Shown: positions 12,507-30,281 of the stretch, piece after piece
How the letters are laid out: every line of letters begins with the position of its first letter
Position numbering within the stretch: position 1 is the stretch's first letter
Source: Paecilomyces variotii
Taxonomy: Eukaryota
Direction: 5' to 3' (one strand)
Length of the DNA stretch: 64,000 nucleotides
NCBI GenBank assembly: GCA_004022145.1
Contig: RCNU01000009.1
Notes under the pieces: generated by a model
What the model was told of the DNA's origin: nothing
Seen by the model: the letters and a program-made list of their open reading frames with translations, nothing else
The model's database searches: none
Position numbers and translations under genes: made by a program

Positions 12507-13595
12507 GGTAGGCCGTCACTGATGTGGTATAGAATGCTTCGCCACGCGACAGCTCCTATTGCCTTGGTCCGGAGTCTCTGAAGACCTTTTTGAGGCTGGC
12601 TACACCAGGGCAAAAAAGAAGAATATATATACATGAGCAATGGGGGAGGACATAGTGAGGAAACCCGAGGTTCGTATTATACAGGCTGAGGGGTCAGCGC
12701 GCGCCGGATGAGTGACACACCGAAATCACAGTTCAGAGCAGAGATAAGCTCCTGACGGGCTTTTTAGATCGCGCTGTCCCAGAAAGCGGAGGCGGGCCAA
12801 GTCAAGTCCACGCGGCGCCGATCTATCTTTGGTCGTGTGCGGTTCCTGAAGCCGTTCATATCTGGCCGGAAAAGATAAGTATAGCAGCAGCCCGTCAAGT
12901 AGGCGGTTTAAATATGAAATTACACCTTGAATATTGTGGCTGAGGTCTGTAGTCACCAGGAGAGATTATACGTTCACTCTGGGAAGGAGAAGCTAATTAG
13001 GTAGGTATTTTATTTGCCCTTGTCAATGCCATCACCTTAACTAGCTTTGGACAATCCACTAATTAGCACCAACTATAATCCTATCCTATCTCGGCCAGTG
13101 TCCGCGTTTGAAGTCCTGCGCATAGCGGCGGCAGAAGCATTTTGGAAGTAGCCCAGAAGAAAATCTTTATCAACTAGTTATTCTGCATGTCAGCAGTTAG
13201 TTACAGTAATACTGATAACGCTGCTGCTAAGGTTGAGTGCTCAGCATATCTGACATGTTATTCTGCCAACCTATGACGCACGTGACCAATTGGCTCTCGC
13301 GGATAAGTATCTTGGAGATTTGGATTCATCTAATAATATGTGTAAATGTATCTTTTCCGCTGTATTCCAGAATAAACGTGGTCGGTACAGCCCTACAACT
13401 CTTGGATTTTGAGATTCTGTTTATTTTTTCGCATCATGGGGCTCTGGAAACCAGTAGGCCCCGAAGCGGACGCTGGAATTGCTACCCCAGGGGCCAAAAT
13501 CCAGCATGAAAGCAATCTTCCATCCAAACAAATCCTTTTCTCAATAGCCAACGCCGTCTCCCGATAGCCATTGCAGATCGACCCAGTACCTAGGT

Positions 13596-15200
13596 ATGTC
13601 GAACACACTACCACTTTTGAATGGGAGAATCACGCTAGACCAGGCCTTGAATGACGACGACAACATACTTGCTCAAATCGGATATCCACGACAGAGACAA
13701 GAATTCTTTAGTTACTTGTCCGCCCGTAAGGCTGAGATCGAAGCTATTGTCTCATTCCACCTCGGTGCGAAGAAGTGCCGAGTTAGTGATGTCCAGACCT
13801 GGTTATCTGGCAGCTACAACGTTTGCATACCTGTCTACATCAGCCCACCCTCCAAGGTGCGTTCGGTGCTCGTTAGGATTCCACTGCCGTACAAAGTTGG
13901 AGAAGCAAAGTTTCCAGGCAACGTGGACGAGAAGCTTCGTTGCGAGGTTGCTTCGTACCTATGGATTCAAGAAAATTGTCCAGACGTTTCGATACCATAT
14001 CTATTTGGATTTGGGTTTCCTAATGGCCAGACTGTATGTTCAATAGAGCCTGTATCCATTTCTATTCCGATGTCTGCTAACCATCTCTCCTGTTAGTTCA
14101 CGGCTCCAGAACAAACACCTCTCTTCGCTCGATTAATGTGGCATGCAAGAAGGACCCTACTTTCGTGGCTTCGATTTCCAACTCCATGCCGGTACATCAG
14201 CAGAAGACCTCAAGACACCCTGAATACTGGCTATATCATCATAAGTAGGGTTTCACAGGGGAAAATGCTCTCCGAAACCTGGGAGACCTTCCGCCACGAC
14301 AAGACTCGCCGTTCGAACCTTTTCCATGGCTTGGCTCGGATCATTCTGTCGCTGAACAAGTCTCCTTTGGCAGCTATCGGGTCTCTGACTTTAAACGACC
14401 AAGGCTTCATAACCTTGACTAACCGTCCTCTGACTCTACAACTTCAGTCCTTGGAGAATGAAGGCGTTCCGACGGCCATCAGCAGAAGCTCTACCTATTC
14501 AGCTGTGGAACCTTACCTTCTTGATCTTTTGAGTTGTCACGATAATCGTATTTCCTTTCAGCCGAATTCTATCCACGACCAAGATGACGGTGAGCAGCAA
14601 ATGGCCGCTTTAACTGTAATGCGTGCAGTCCTTCATCACTTTTCTCCGCGCAATTCTCGTTACGGGCCTTTTGTTTTCACTCTTACAGATCTTCATCAGA
14701 GCAATATCTTTGTTGATGAGGACTGGCATATTACCTCTCTAATCGACCTGGAATGGGCATGTTCCCTGCCGATTCAACTACAATGCCCTCCATACTGGCT
14801 TTCCGGGCGGGCTATAGATCAGATGGAACCGGGTGAACATCTTGAGACATTTCATCAACTCGTTTTGGAATACCTCGAAGCTTTCGAACAAGAAGAGAGG
14901 GGCATGGTTGGAGAGACGTTATATCAAGCACCAATAATAAGGAAGTGTTGGGAGACTGGAAGCTTTTGGTACTTTCATGCGATCAATAGTCCAAAAGGAT
15001 TGTGTCGAGTCTTTACCGATCATATCCAACGACTGTTTTGTCCACAACACTGTGAAATGCGGATCTTTGATCAAGTTGTGGCCCCGTATTGGTGTGTTGG
15101 CGCAGCACGGGTGATCGAGGGGAAGATCGAGGAAGAGGAAAGGTACAAGGACCGATTAAGAGAAGCGTTCGATACTGAGGTGATTCTAACCAAGGCATAA
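13596..15200 (+). CDS. Aminoglycoside-phosphotransferase-like (protein kinase-like) protein
   Basis: WLSGSYNVCIP Gly-rich loop, RIPLPYK, DEKLRCEVASY, catalytic LTDLHQSNIFVD and LIDLEW. One intron 14034-14096 (GTATGT..CTAAC..TAG). Confidence 0.85.
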
Positions 15201-16383
15201 CCTGAGCTCTCATCACTCGACATGACAGATACAATCATGGTCGGGGAATCTAGGGGCGCAAGCTTCCGAATGATTTGGAAGAATCTTAGGAAATACTGGC
15301 TGCACCAATGAAGGCTAGGTCAAACAACGACCCCCATCAACCGAGGGCGTTATTGCAGCTATGATTCGCTGACCACAGCTGCACCTCGTCCAACTGAAAA
15401 GTAGTACGGAGCTCTCAGTGTTGGTGAGAGTACACTCAACGGGGGCATCTTCGTGGCTAACCAGAGCCGTGTGCTGCGTGGACTGTTTGTAGACCCTCAG
15501 TCCTTGCAGGTAGTTCCTTGAGAGTACGTCTGACTAAAGTCTTATTGTGATGGTGATCTGGTAGAGGTGATATGGGTAAAGCAATGCGGCATAGCTTGAA
15601 ATGTTGTTCGTAGAACTGTAACCTTTTTTTTTAGTTTCTTCCAATTCTCATTCTAATAGATGGCTGTGTTCTACAGTTCAGTCTCTATTTTTGAATAGAA
15701 GCAAGCAAGCAAGCAATTCAAGTTGTTCAGGTCTCAGTCAAGATTCGACAAAATCATGCTAATAACATACTTAGGAATCGGATAAATACGATTTTAAGCT
15801 ATACGGCATACTGTTCCAGAATAATCATGCGAAATTAACTTATCTCGATGTCCGTCCGGTCGATGGTTATGCGAACGAACACCAGACTAGCCTCGATAAT
15901 GTAAGTAGACTAGCATGAGAGTAACTTAGACTCTCTTTCTTGCATGTATATCACATCTCATATAATGCATTCTGCAGGGTGCATTAGGACGTGGATAATG
16001 TCCCTCTGCTAACTAGATGTTTCTGTTAGGAATAGGACCGATTCGAATGACATCATAAATCGATATTCTGTTCTTCTCCCCCAACAAATACCTTCTTCTG
16101 GGCAGTGAGATCACATAACTTACTTAGACAGACTTACTTCATAAGAATAGACGCAGTTCAACTATAGAATCCCATCCTCTCATCGGATTTTTTATACGTC
16201 ACGGATCTCATCTCCTGCGTTCCTGGCATCATCTTACTCCCAACCTCCTCCTACCCAGAACTAAACGGACATCGAAATGACTTATAGCTATCGCTACTAC
16301 GATAATCACGACGCCGATGTGGAATTGAAATCCAAAATCTGAAAATTCGATCCAATCGATAACTAAACACGTGCAATCCCGCC

Positions 16384-18235
16384 ATGTCTGTCTTTCGGAC
16401 TCGTCTACGAAACCACCAATTGACGTTTCGCATCTCTTCTTCCTCTCCGATCTGTCGTCGGGCGATGCCCATTTTTAACAACCATACTCATATTCATAAT
16501 CCCCCATCAGCAAGAACTGTCTCGTCAATCTCCATCCCTTCGACACGGCGCGAATTTCCCCAGTCTGGATTCAAAACGATACCACCCACGAAACGCATCG
16601 AAGAAGAACGGCTACCGTCGTACAGACCCGAGGACTATTATCCTGTCTATATCGGTGAGGTGTTTAGATCGCGATATCAAGTCGTGTGTAAATTGGGATA
16701 CGGCACGTCGTCCACTGTGTGGCTATGTCGGGATTTATGGTTCGTTTCTTTTTGGCCCTGTTCTAGCTTTTCTTCCTAAACACATAACTATTTATTTACC
16801 GGATATGATGTATATACATAGTATAGAACTCTCACACTGACAAGCAATTACTTCCAGGAACAACCAATACCTAACTCTCAAAGTCTGCGTGCGAGCCGGA
16901 CGCAAAAACCACGAAATCACCATCTCGAACTACCTCAAGAACCAGAACCGCGCCCTCAACCATCCAGGCAGGAAGCGCGTACGGATCGTTATCGATTGCT
17001 TCGACATTCACGGGCCCCACGGGACGCATAATTGTCTGCTCTATGAGACGCTCGGACAGAGTTATACGGATCTGATCAGCTCTCTGCCGGATGGGGACAG
17101 GAATAGCTTACCGAAGGATCTGCTTCAGAGGGGCATAACTTTGCTGCTTATGGCGTTGGATTATCTTCATGAAGCGGGGGTGGTTCATACAGGTTCGTCG
17201 TCGCTTTCTTCATATTATTCTATCAAAGATCAGTTATTGGATCTGGGTTCGCTCGGGATGGGAATGAGAAAAGCTAACGCATCACGATGCTGAAGACGTT
17301 TCCTCAAACAACCTCCTCCAAGGAATCGAAGACCCTTCAATCCTCTCACGGATGGAAGAAGACGAAATGAAACATCCCACAGCGCGAAAAATCCTCCCAG
17401 ATCGTCATATCTACTGTTCTCGCCAAATGCCTCCGAGCGCGGGATTCCCTGTCCTATGCGATTTAGACCAGGCCCGAATCGGCTGCGAGAAACAACACGG
17501 GGATATCATGCCGGGAATATACCGAGCGCCAGAAGTGATATTGGACATGGAATGGAATGAAAAGGTTGATATTTGGGCTGTTGGGATGACTGTGAGTTAC
17601 TCTCTCTTCTTGGATCAACTATATCTGTACTATTACATTTCTTTTTTTGCTACTTCTCCTCCAAGTCCGTTCTACAAGTTACGAAATCGGTCAACCAAAA
17701 GTTACAATCAGTGCTAATACTTCGGGGCGACCCGACTACTTACGTAGGCATGGGACCTCTTCGAAGGCAGCCAGATGTTCTTTGCGCGTCGAAACGGCCT
17801 CCTCAGCAACGAAGAACACCTCGCAGAAATGGTCTCCTTACTCGGTCCTCCCCCTGCTGACTTTCTTCGAAGAAGCGAGAGAAGTTGGCGCTATTTTGAC
17901 GATCGAGGTGTGTCCACACCCACCACACCAGATACATACAAATTAAACCCAGAAACAAGAAAGAAAGAAAAAAAAAAAACGAGAGATAGAAAGAAAAACA
18001 CACCTACTGATTTCCCACAGGAACATGGAAAGGAACCATCCCCATTCCGAACGAAACGCTTCAAAGTCGCGAACATAAACTCTACCCGAACGACCAGCAC
18101 CATTTCATCTCTTTTCTCCGAAAAATCCTCCGATGGAAGCCTGAAGAGAGGCCGTCGGCGGCAGAGCTCGTGACGGATGATTTCCTCCTCGCTGGGATCG
18201 GAGAGACGAGGGAGTCGATTATGAGAAGAAAGTGA
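16384..18235 (+). CDS. SRPK-like (CMGC) protein kinase, 5 exons
   Basis: IEEE..YYPVYIGEVF, RYQVVCKLGYGTSSTVWLCRD, GPHGTHNCL, spliced HTDVSSNN, YRAPEVIL, KVDIWAVG, HLAEMVSLLGPPP, WKPEERPSA. TGA at 18233-18235. Confidence 0.88.
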
Positions 18236-20301
18236 AGGAGGGCCTGCCAGATGAAGAAGGCTGGGGTTGTAATTTAGATAAAGATGTGGGTTGTAGATGT
18301 ATATACGAGTATAGTTGAAAGTATATACTGTAGGTAGCTATCTGCCTAGTGTAATCAATAAATGATTATTCGGACGGACTCGAGACGGGTGTGTATATAC
18401 ACAACTAGACATATCTTACCAAAAAAAAAAAAAAAAAAGAAGAAACGAATCAAATTCGCTAAAGGATAATGAAGCCACCGGCTATGGAGTAAATAAATAA
18501 ACCCAAATTCCCTCTTCTTAGAACTTCACCTAATTACCTACTTACTTATTTATATTACTTACTAGTCAGTCCATAGCTATTATGCTGTGATTGATTACTG
18601 AGCACATGCCAGCCTACCACAAAAAAAAGAAACCTCTTTCCCCCACTATAGTATGCATTCTCCCTTTTCTTTATATTATTACATACATGCAATGTGTCGA
18701 ATCCTAAAACAGCACGGAAGCAGAATCTGAATTGCTTGCTTAACTCTAGGTCTAGGAGGGATTTCATCCCATATTTTTATCTCTAGCATATAAAGAATCT
18801 AGATCCTAGTAATCTAGTAATCATCGAGCATAATCAGGATTCAAAGAATCTGCCACAAATAGATAATTGAGAGATCACCTGGCGTTTGCTTTGTACGCCG
18901 ATACAATGCATATATATATGCATGAGTTCATGCATGTAACTCAAGGAGAGGACCCCCTCTTTCCCCGGCCTGCTTTGCGGTATGCATCCTGCAGGTCAGA
19001 AATAGTACGAGGTAAACTACGTACTATGTACATACATATACCGACCAACTATGAAGGATCCCAGTCCAACCCCTCAAACTACGTACGTACCTCACAGCTT
19101 GGATACTTTACTCCCTCTGCGTCATTCAAGACTCCTCTCGGGGGGGGTTTCACTACCCTTCCTTTAGCTCGCCACACTTCACTCCCCTGACGGGAACCAT
19201 GGCACCCGCGAAAGTCAATCGAGGATTGTCTGCCGGGACTCGAAAAGTTTAAGCAAGTGGAAAAAGATTATTTTGACTTCTTGTCTCTTCTGTTTCTACT
19301 TCTGTCATGGTAAGATGGAAAAGTAATGCAGTGTTGGTCTATTTTCTTATTTTTATATCACTATTTTTTCTTATAAACAGGTATACAACATCACAAGTAC
19401 ATTGTTAAACGATCGTCTAGTATTTCGGAATTGTCTTTCCAACAAATGCATCCAAACGATAATATGGAGATCGCCGATCGTCAATCGAAATCAAGATCGA
19501 TCATCATCTCCATGTACATGGTTCTGCTCTCTCCGATCTGGAGAAGTGCTCAGCACATCATCAGTGCTAAGAAGGCGCTTTCCGCCTGTGCTTTCGAGTC
19601 TGGCTGCAGACTCCATAAGGACTGTTTCCTATGTAGTTTTGTCTTTGGATAATGTCAAGGGGAATAGCAAGTAAAAACACACGGGCAACGGGGGAATCGG
19701 GGGGTATCAAGGGCAGTGAAAATCATGTCAAGTTCCTTTTTGTTTTTATATCTAGTGTACGTGACGTGGTGGTGGTAAATCAATGGAGCGGTGGGGGAGA
19801 AGACATTTGTTGCGTGGAGGTGGAGAGGAGGAGGGAGCGAAAAGGTGATGATGGCGGGATAAAGCGTTGAACGAGGAAGTAAATTGTAAATTGCAAGAGA
19901 CCAATAAACAGCCCAATTGCAGGATCCTCGTGGCAGGAAGAAGAGGCGAAAGTAGTTCAAACCTGCCCATGCGAAACACCCGTACCATATCTTGGCCCCT
20001 GATGGTTATTGCTTTTTCTCTGTGCCACTTGCCACTTTTTCATCGACGTCTAGCCGTCGGTCATGGTACAAATCGTGAGATCCAACAAGAATTTAGAGGG
20101 GAAAAGAAAAGTCCAAAGCTGTGTCGTAATAGAAACCAGCTATCATCAACTCCGTCATAATCGGGTGGTAATAAAGAAGCCCAGAAGAACGCCCAGTCAT
20201 GCAGTCATCATCAGTCCGAACATGTCATCACATATAATGCAGTGGAGAACAGCGAAGGTAAGGGGGGGGGAGCGCTTGAAACAGAAAAGAGACTGCCCAA
20301 A

Positions 20302-24731
<4,430 letters not shown>

Positions 24732-25619
24732 GGGAGGGAGAACGGGTGGTGAAGACGAAAGCTGGCGAAGGTGGTTGCCGTCGTCGAGATTGCGACCGCT
24801 GATCGACGGCAGATGATAAAATTCCCAGCGGTCCGGGAAGGGTAGCGGGAGTGGTGGACGATGTGCTCCGGGGTGACCGCCGGTAGTGGTTTCGGAGAGT
24901 TGTTGTTGTTGTAGTGGTGGTAGGATTTCTAGATAGATAGCAATGAGATCAGTGACTGAGGACAGGGGAATTCTGTTATCGGCGATGAGCGCCAGCCCCT
25001 CTTCGCCGGTGTCGAGGGAAATCGAGGTGCTTTCCAAGAGGGGTGGTTGCAGGAGCAGCAAGCAGTAGCAGAGCAACGGCGGGCGCGGCAAAGACCAATG
25101 CAGTTGCGGTGTTCCAAGTGGACCACCGACGAGCCGGCTGCTGATGAGATAGATGCGAGTGGAGAAAGAAGTTCAGCAGCAGCTTCTGCTCAGGTCGGGT
25201 TGCGAGCCTGACAGCCTGATCTGGGCTCTGGCAACCAGAAGGCTGGCGAACAGAGGGCGAGAAGAGGCTGACTAGCAGCCGCTTAGTGGAATAATTGGAA
25301 TGAGCTGGGGCGGTGGGTGCATCGAGCGACGCGCGAGAAACAGAAGAAACAGAAACAGACTCAGACTGAGATCGTCTGAGACGGCCAGCGTCGGCACGCT
25401 AAACTGCTTCAGGCAAGGCAATGGCGTGTGCCGATCACAGCTCGACCTTGCACCATCCGATGTCGGGAAAGGGGGCCAGCTCCAGCTCCAATGGCCGACG
25501 GATCAGGGCGGGAGGCAACGCAAAGAGACTTACCGTGTGGACGGAGAGGGATCGGGTTGCGATAGAGGAACAATAACACGAGATAGACAGAGGGGAATTG
25601 ACTCCCTCTGGATGAAGGA

Positions 25620-25690
25620 TGAAAGAGAGAGAGAGAAAGGGAGAGGGAGAGGGAGAGAGATAGAGATAGAGAGATCGCAGACACAGAGAA
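25620..25690 (-). promoter_or_regulatory. CT-rich polypyrimidine tract (GA repeat on the + strand), probable kdmA core promoter element
   Basis: (GA)n/(GGGAGA)n run. CT boxes commonly precede transcription starts in filamentous fungi; a GTCACGTGA E-box lies near 25763. Confidence 0.45.
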
Positions 25691-27086
25691 AGGAGGACAG
25701 AATCAATGGAGAAGCCGTGACTGTGACGGATCGTAAATCACGGGATCTGCCGCTGAGGTCTGGTCACGTGAGAGCGGATGAGCGCTGGCCCGGTCGACTG
25801 ATGGTTTAGTTTGCTTATATTATGATGAATTATTATCTATGTTAACTAACTTACTTGCAAAGAGTTACTCATCATATCACCTGAAATAAAACTTCCTCTT
25901 TCTTTCTCATCTTACTATAAATCCACACTTCAGTTATTCAAGTTTACTGTTTAATTAAACTACTTATTAATCTCAAGTCTAAAGCTCCCTCAGGCAAAAA
26001 AACAAAAGGCAAAACAATACCATAGAACGAAAAAGAATCTCCCAACTTATTCTCATCATTGCTTACTGATCGTCGCCCAGGCTAGACTGCCAACCAACCA
26101 ACCAACCACCACAAGTAACCAACTGGAGCACTCCTAGAGTATTCCGTAGACTATGCAGCCAAAGCTGCCAAACAGACTGACAGACTGACATGCATAAAAA
26201 CCACAGCGATCAACATGCAGCTCCAGCCTTCTGATTTGTCTTACTTTACATGTCCCACCGATCTATCTCTCAGAATGGGGGGGAAGGCAAGGAAAAATAC
26301 AAAAAAAAGAAAAGAAAAGAAAATCTGCAAGCCCCTCCCTTCCCTTTACCCCTGCCCGCATCTTTTAGGCTGAAATCTGCTAGTTATCATTACTTACTTA
26401 CTTACTTGACCATAGACTATATATGTTGTCCTGGTCTGCGACGGAGTTTGAGGAATGAGACCTCAGAGAGGGATGCCAAGGTAGAGAGGAACTATCTATA
26501 GCAATAAGTAATTATCGTATACCGCCTCCTAGTCACCTAGGTATCATCATGTTACGACAGGTGTCACCGTACAGCGATAATATCGAACTCGAACTCGACA
26601 TGGCGGCTAAATGATTCTTGACCTCTCCACCGGGCGATCCACCCCATGGATAAGGCATGAAGCCAAGATTGCCCTTGATGTCCAAGCGGGGGAGCCAGCA
26701 TGTCTCCGATACGGAACCATCCGAAGATCTACCAGACTACGGGATCGCTTGGCCTAGGCGCCCGCCCATCCATGTCCGGAATACAAGAGAGAATAGTAGA
26801 AAGAAATCAATTGTTACCAGACGCTGCATAGATTCGCAGATACATATGACCGTCGCATATACATAGAGACCAAAAGACGTCATCAAAAGAGCTCCAGGTA
26901 TCCTAACCGAGCAGTATGAAAAAAGATGAGGAAGTATAACTCGCTAGAAACCAAAACAACAAACACAGCATGTAATCATCATACACGGGATCCATGCAAG
27001 CGCCATGCGAGAGATGCACGTGGTATCCATCACCGATAATGATCAGAGAAAAAGGCGTATATATACGTATGTATATATCAAGTAAA

Positions 27087-29658
27087 TCAATAATCCGTTA
27101 GCGACAGCTTCTTGCCGACTGGCCGTCGTCGCTGGGGCTTCTCGCCGCCCCGCTCCCGCTCGGCATGGAGCCCCTTGAGGGCGTGCAGCAGCATTCCCGC
27201 ATCGAAGAAGCCATCTGTGGGTCCAGTCAGTAAACTATTCTTATCTTTTATCATCGTCATGATCGTGAATAAACTTACATCCACCCATGCCATCCTCATC
27301 CATCTCCCCGCTGTCAGTCGTCGGCGTATCCGTACCCCGGACGTACACCTCGCCGCCCCGGATGATCCGGCCGCGTCGGTAATCGCCGTGGTAGCGCTCC
27401 GTCATCGATTCCATCTCGCGCGCACGGCTGGTCCGCGGGCTCATCGTCTTCCGGTTCGTCATGCGCAGCAGCTTCCGGATCTCCAGCAGGTACGACTCAA
27501 GCGTGTGCATCAGTCGGGCCGTCTGGCGGTGCTTAGACGAGGCGCAGATGGAGATCGAGTCGTCCTTGATGATGTATCCGATTCCGAACCCATCGCCCGA
27601 GGTCGGGCCGAAGCCGAAGTGGCGCAGACACGGGTTGCCGCAGTTGGAGGTCGAAATAATGGTGTTGTTGATCTTATCCCAGCCAGCATCGTTGAAAATC
27701 GCGGGGGTCATCGGCACGCTCCTCATGCCACGGACGCTGCCATAGCCGTTGGACGACGCACCGTCCTCCGACGGAGTCGACGACCGTTTCGGAGAATCGC
27801 CAATCGAGCCGTTCTCTAGAGGGCTGAAGGAGCCGTTCGAGCTGAGTTCCGCACTGTTGCTGACAGAGTGGGCCTCGTCGAACGAACGCTGCCAGACGCT
27901 GTAGAGCGCGTACAGGTGTCGGTCCTGACCCTGCCCCTTCGAGCATTCCTTCGTCAGAGCAGTGTGCTTCTCCGTGGCCTTCTTCAGCGCATCCACCTTC
28001 TGTTCGGGCGGGTTTTCGCCCCAGAAAGTCTTGACGAACTGCAGCGCCTCCGGCGTAACCGTACGGATAGCCTCCGTTCGGCCATGGAGGAAGACCTTGG
28101 TCATTGCCGGCTCATATGTGTTCTCCACGCGACCGTACAGACCGTAGTAGGCGGCCTGGAACGCCATCTGGACGAAAGCGTCAGGGGAGAATCCCATCGA
28201 CGTGATGAAGTTCTTTCCATATCCCTCGAAATCGAGGACCTGGAACTCGTGCTGCTGGAGGAGATCAGCCAGATGCGACTCGGCGAATCGCAAAGCAATG
28301 CTCAATTCCGGACCCATGTCCCACTCCAGCTTGCGAGGAGTGGTGCTGACATTGCCAAAGCTGCGCGGGTCACGCTTGGCTGGGTCGGGACTGGTGGTCG
28401 CCCACAGACTCGGTGCGTTTCCGTTGATAGTCTTTGCGAAGCGGAGGATGGTGTCGGTGTAGACATCACTTGCAAAACGCAGGACCGTATGGCCATCCAC
28501 GCCGGTGTGTTCAAAGTTGATGCCGGCGCTTCCATTCTTGCAGACAATGATCTGAAGCTTGTCGTACCATCGGTTGGTGCAGGTACCGATCTGAACGCCC
28601 TTGACAACCTCACTGGTTCCACATAGCATGTTCGCGCAAAGGTCTGCCATGTTCGATGGTTCCGTGTAATCAAGGCAGAGAACAAAGAGGGCACTGTCGA
28701 CAATGTTGAGGCATTCTGCGTTGTTGGATCCAGCATCCTTGGTAAGGATCTCTCGCAATCCCGACCACACCTTCCGGTTCTCCGTACTCAAAACACCAAG
28801 AGCACCCTTTGCGGCGTCTTGAATGGGCGTCTGCTGGGCATCGTTGATGATCACCTGCAGGTTCACAGCAACATCCTTCTCGCTCATGATCAAGTCGTTG
28901 TTGTCATCGAGCACATCGAACCAGTAGAACTGGCCGCGGCAGAGGACGACAATGTGTTTGGCAGCGGAATCTTGTCCAATGACACACCCATCCTGAGTAG
29001 GTACTCGCGCCGTTCCGAACAGACGAGAGTACTGGTACATGCAGAGAGGGGTGCCTCGGACCGTGTCAGGGGCGAGTTCCTCCCTTCGGACGGCTCGAAC
29101 GAAAGACAACGCCGAGACGACGAGGGATGCAGCTCGGGTGACCTGGTTGTTCCTTGCCGGAGTCGGGTCATCCTCGAGAAGGAAGAAGGGGTTGAGGTTC
29201 AGGACGACGGGGTTGTCGTAATTCAGGTAAGAATCATACCAGAACTGCTCGATATAACTCGTCTTGGAGGAAGCGTATTTCTTGAGCTTCTCCTGCAGCT
29301 CGGGGCCGTCTGTCTTGAGGAAGTCTTGCACAGCAGCCTTTGTTTCTTCATGTTCCTTTGGGCTCTGCAGGGGCTCTAGAACAGAAAGATACTTCTTGCA
29401 GGTGCTCTCAAGGTCCGGGATGGGAAGCTTGGGAAGCGAATCCTGATTGGCGAAGGTGATGCCTTTTTTCTGCGGCGTCTCGGTGCCGTTTGGTGTCTGA
29501 TTCTTCTCATTCTCGGTGAAAGTATCGACCTTGATGGCCGCTGACGTGTTGGAGACGGCCATCCTGTACTCGAGTGTTGATTGAGTGTTCCGGCCTAACG
29601 TCTCACCCAGAGGTTTCGGAGAAGTAAAACAGCGGACTGCCATTGAAGAGTAAGCCAT
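27087..29658 (-). CDS. facC: Carnitine O-acetyltransferase (FacC/Yat1 type)
   Basis: LPKLPIPDL, NRWYDK, catalytic FEHTGVDG, SPDAFVQMAFQ, TYEPAMT..F.HGRTEAIR, ISTSN, GFGP..DGFGIGY. Terminal intron 27215-27278 gives GMGGYGFFDAG. Confidence 0.93.
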
Positions 29659-29674
29659 GTCTTAGCACGTGCTT

Positions 29675-30281
29675 CGGTCTAACGGATATCAAGCGTAGAG
29701 ACAAGCGAGAAAAGTAGGAATTGATAGAAGACGCAGGGCGCTGCGGTAGAAGTAATGGCAATCCTGCAGGCAGTATGACGGCATGGAGATTGCAAAGGGG
29801 GGAAATAAGTCGATGCTCAAAGAGACATTGTAATGGGCAAGGGAGGAGAATCAGGGGATTCTTGAGTAAAAGTCCAGCAACGGTAAGAGCGAAAGCCCAG
29901 AGATATATATCTCCAGCGGGAAACGGATGATCATCTCCGAGTCTTCCTACCCCGCCGTCTGGGGGGGGTGGTGATCCTCACGGAAGCCCCATCTGGACCA
30001 TAAGGATGGAAAGACGTGCGCGTCGGTTTGAAGGGGAAAATAGTGCGCTGGAGGGGAAAAGGAAAACTTACAATTCGACCAAACTTCAAGAATGTTGCTT
30101 CAAGTGGAGTGGATCTCGGTTCTTGACTGGATATACTCTAGGCGTCCGAGGCTACGGAGCCAAAGGATGGTATCGGAGCAACGGAGGGCTTTTCCCTATA
30201 CTTCCTTCGTCAGCACCCAAAGGGCCGTTTGTGGACGGGCATATTTTAGGTCGTGCAAACCAGGACGAACGGTCCAACGGA
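29675..30281. promoter_or_regulatory. facC upstream region with CSRE-like (FacB/Cat8), FarA-type and CreA-type motifs
   Basis: CGGNYNAAYGGR matches at 29675-29686 (CGGTCTAACGGA) and 30270-30281 (CGGTCCAACGGA); one-mismatch copy at 30174-30185; CCGAGG at 30146-30151; SYGGRG sites near 29950-29965 and 30048. Confidence 0.55.
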
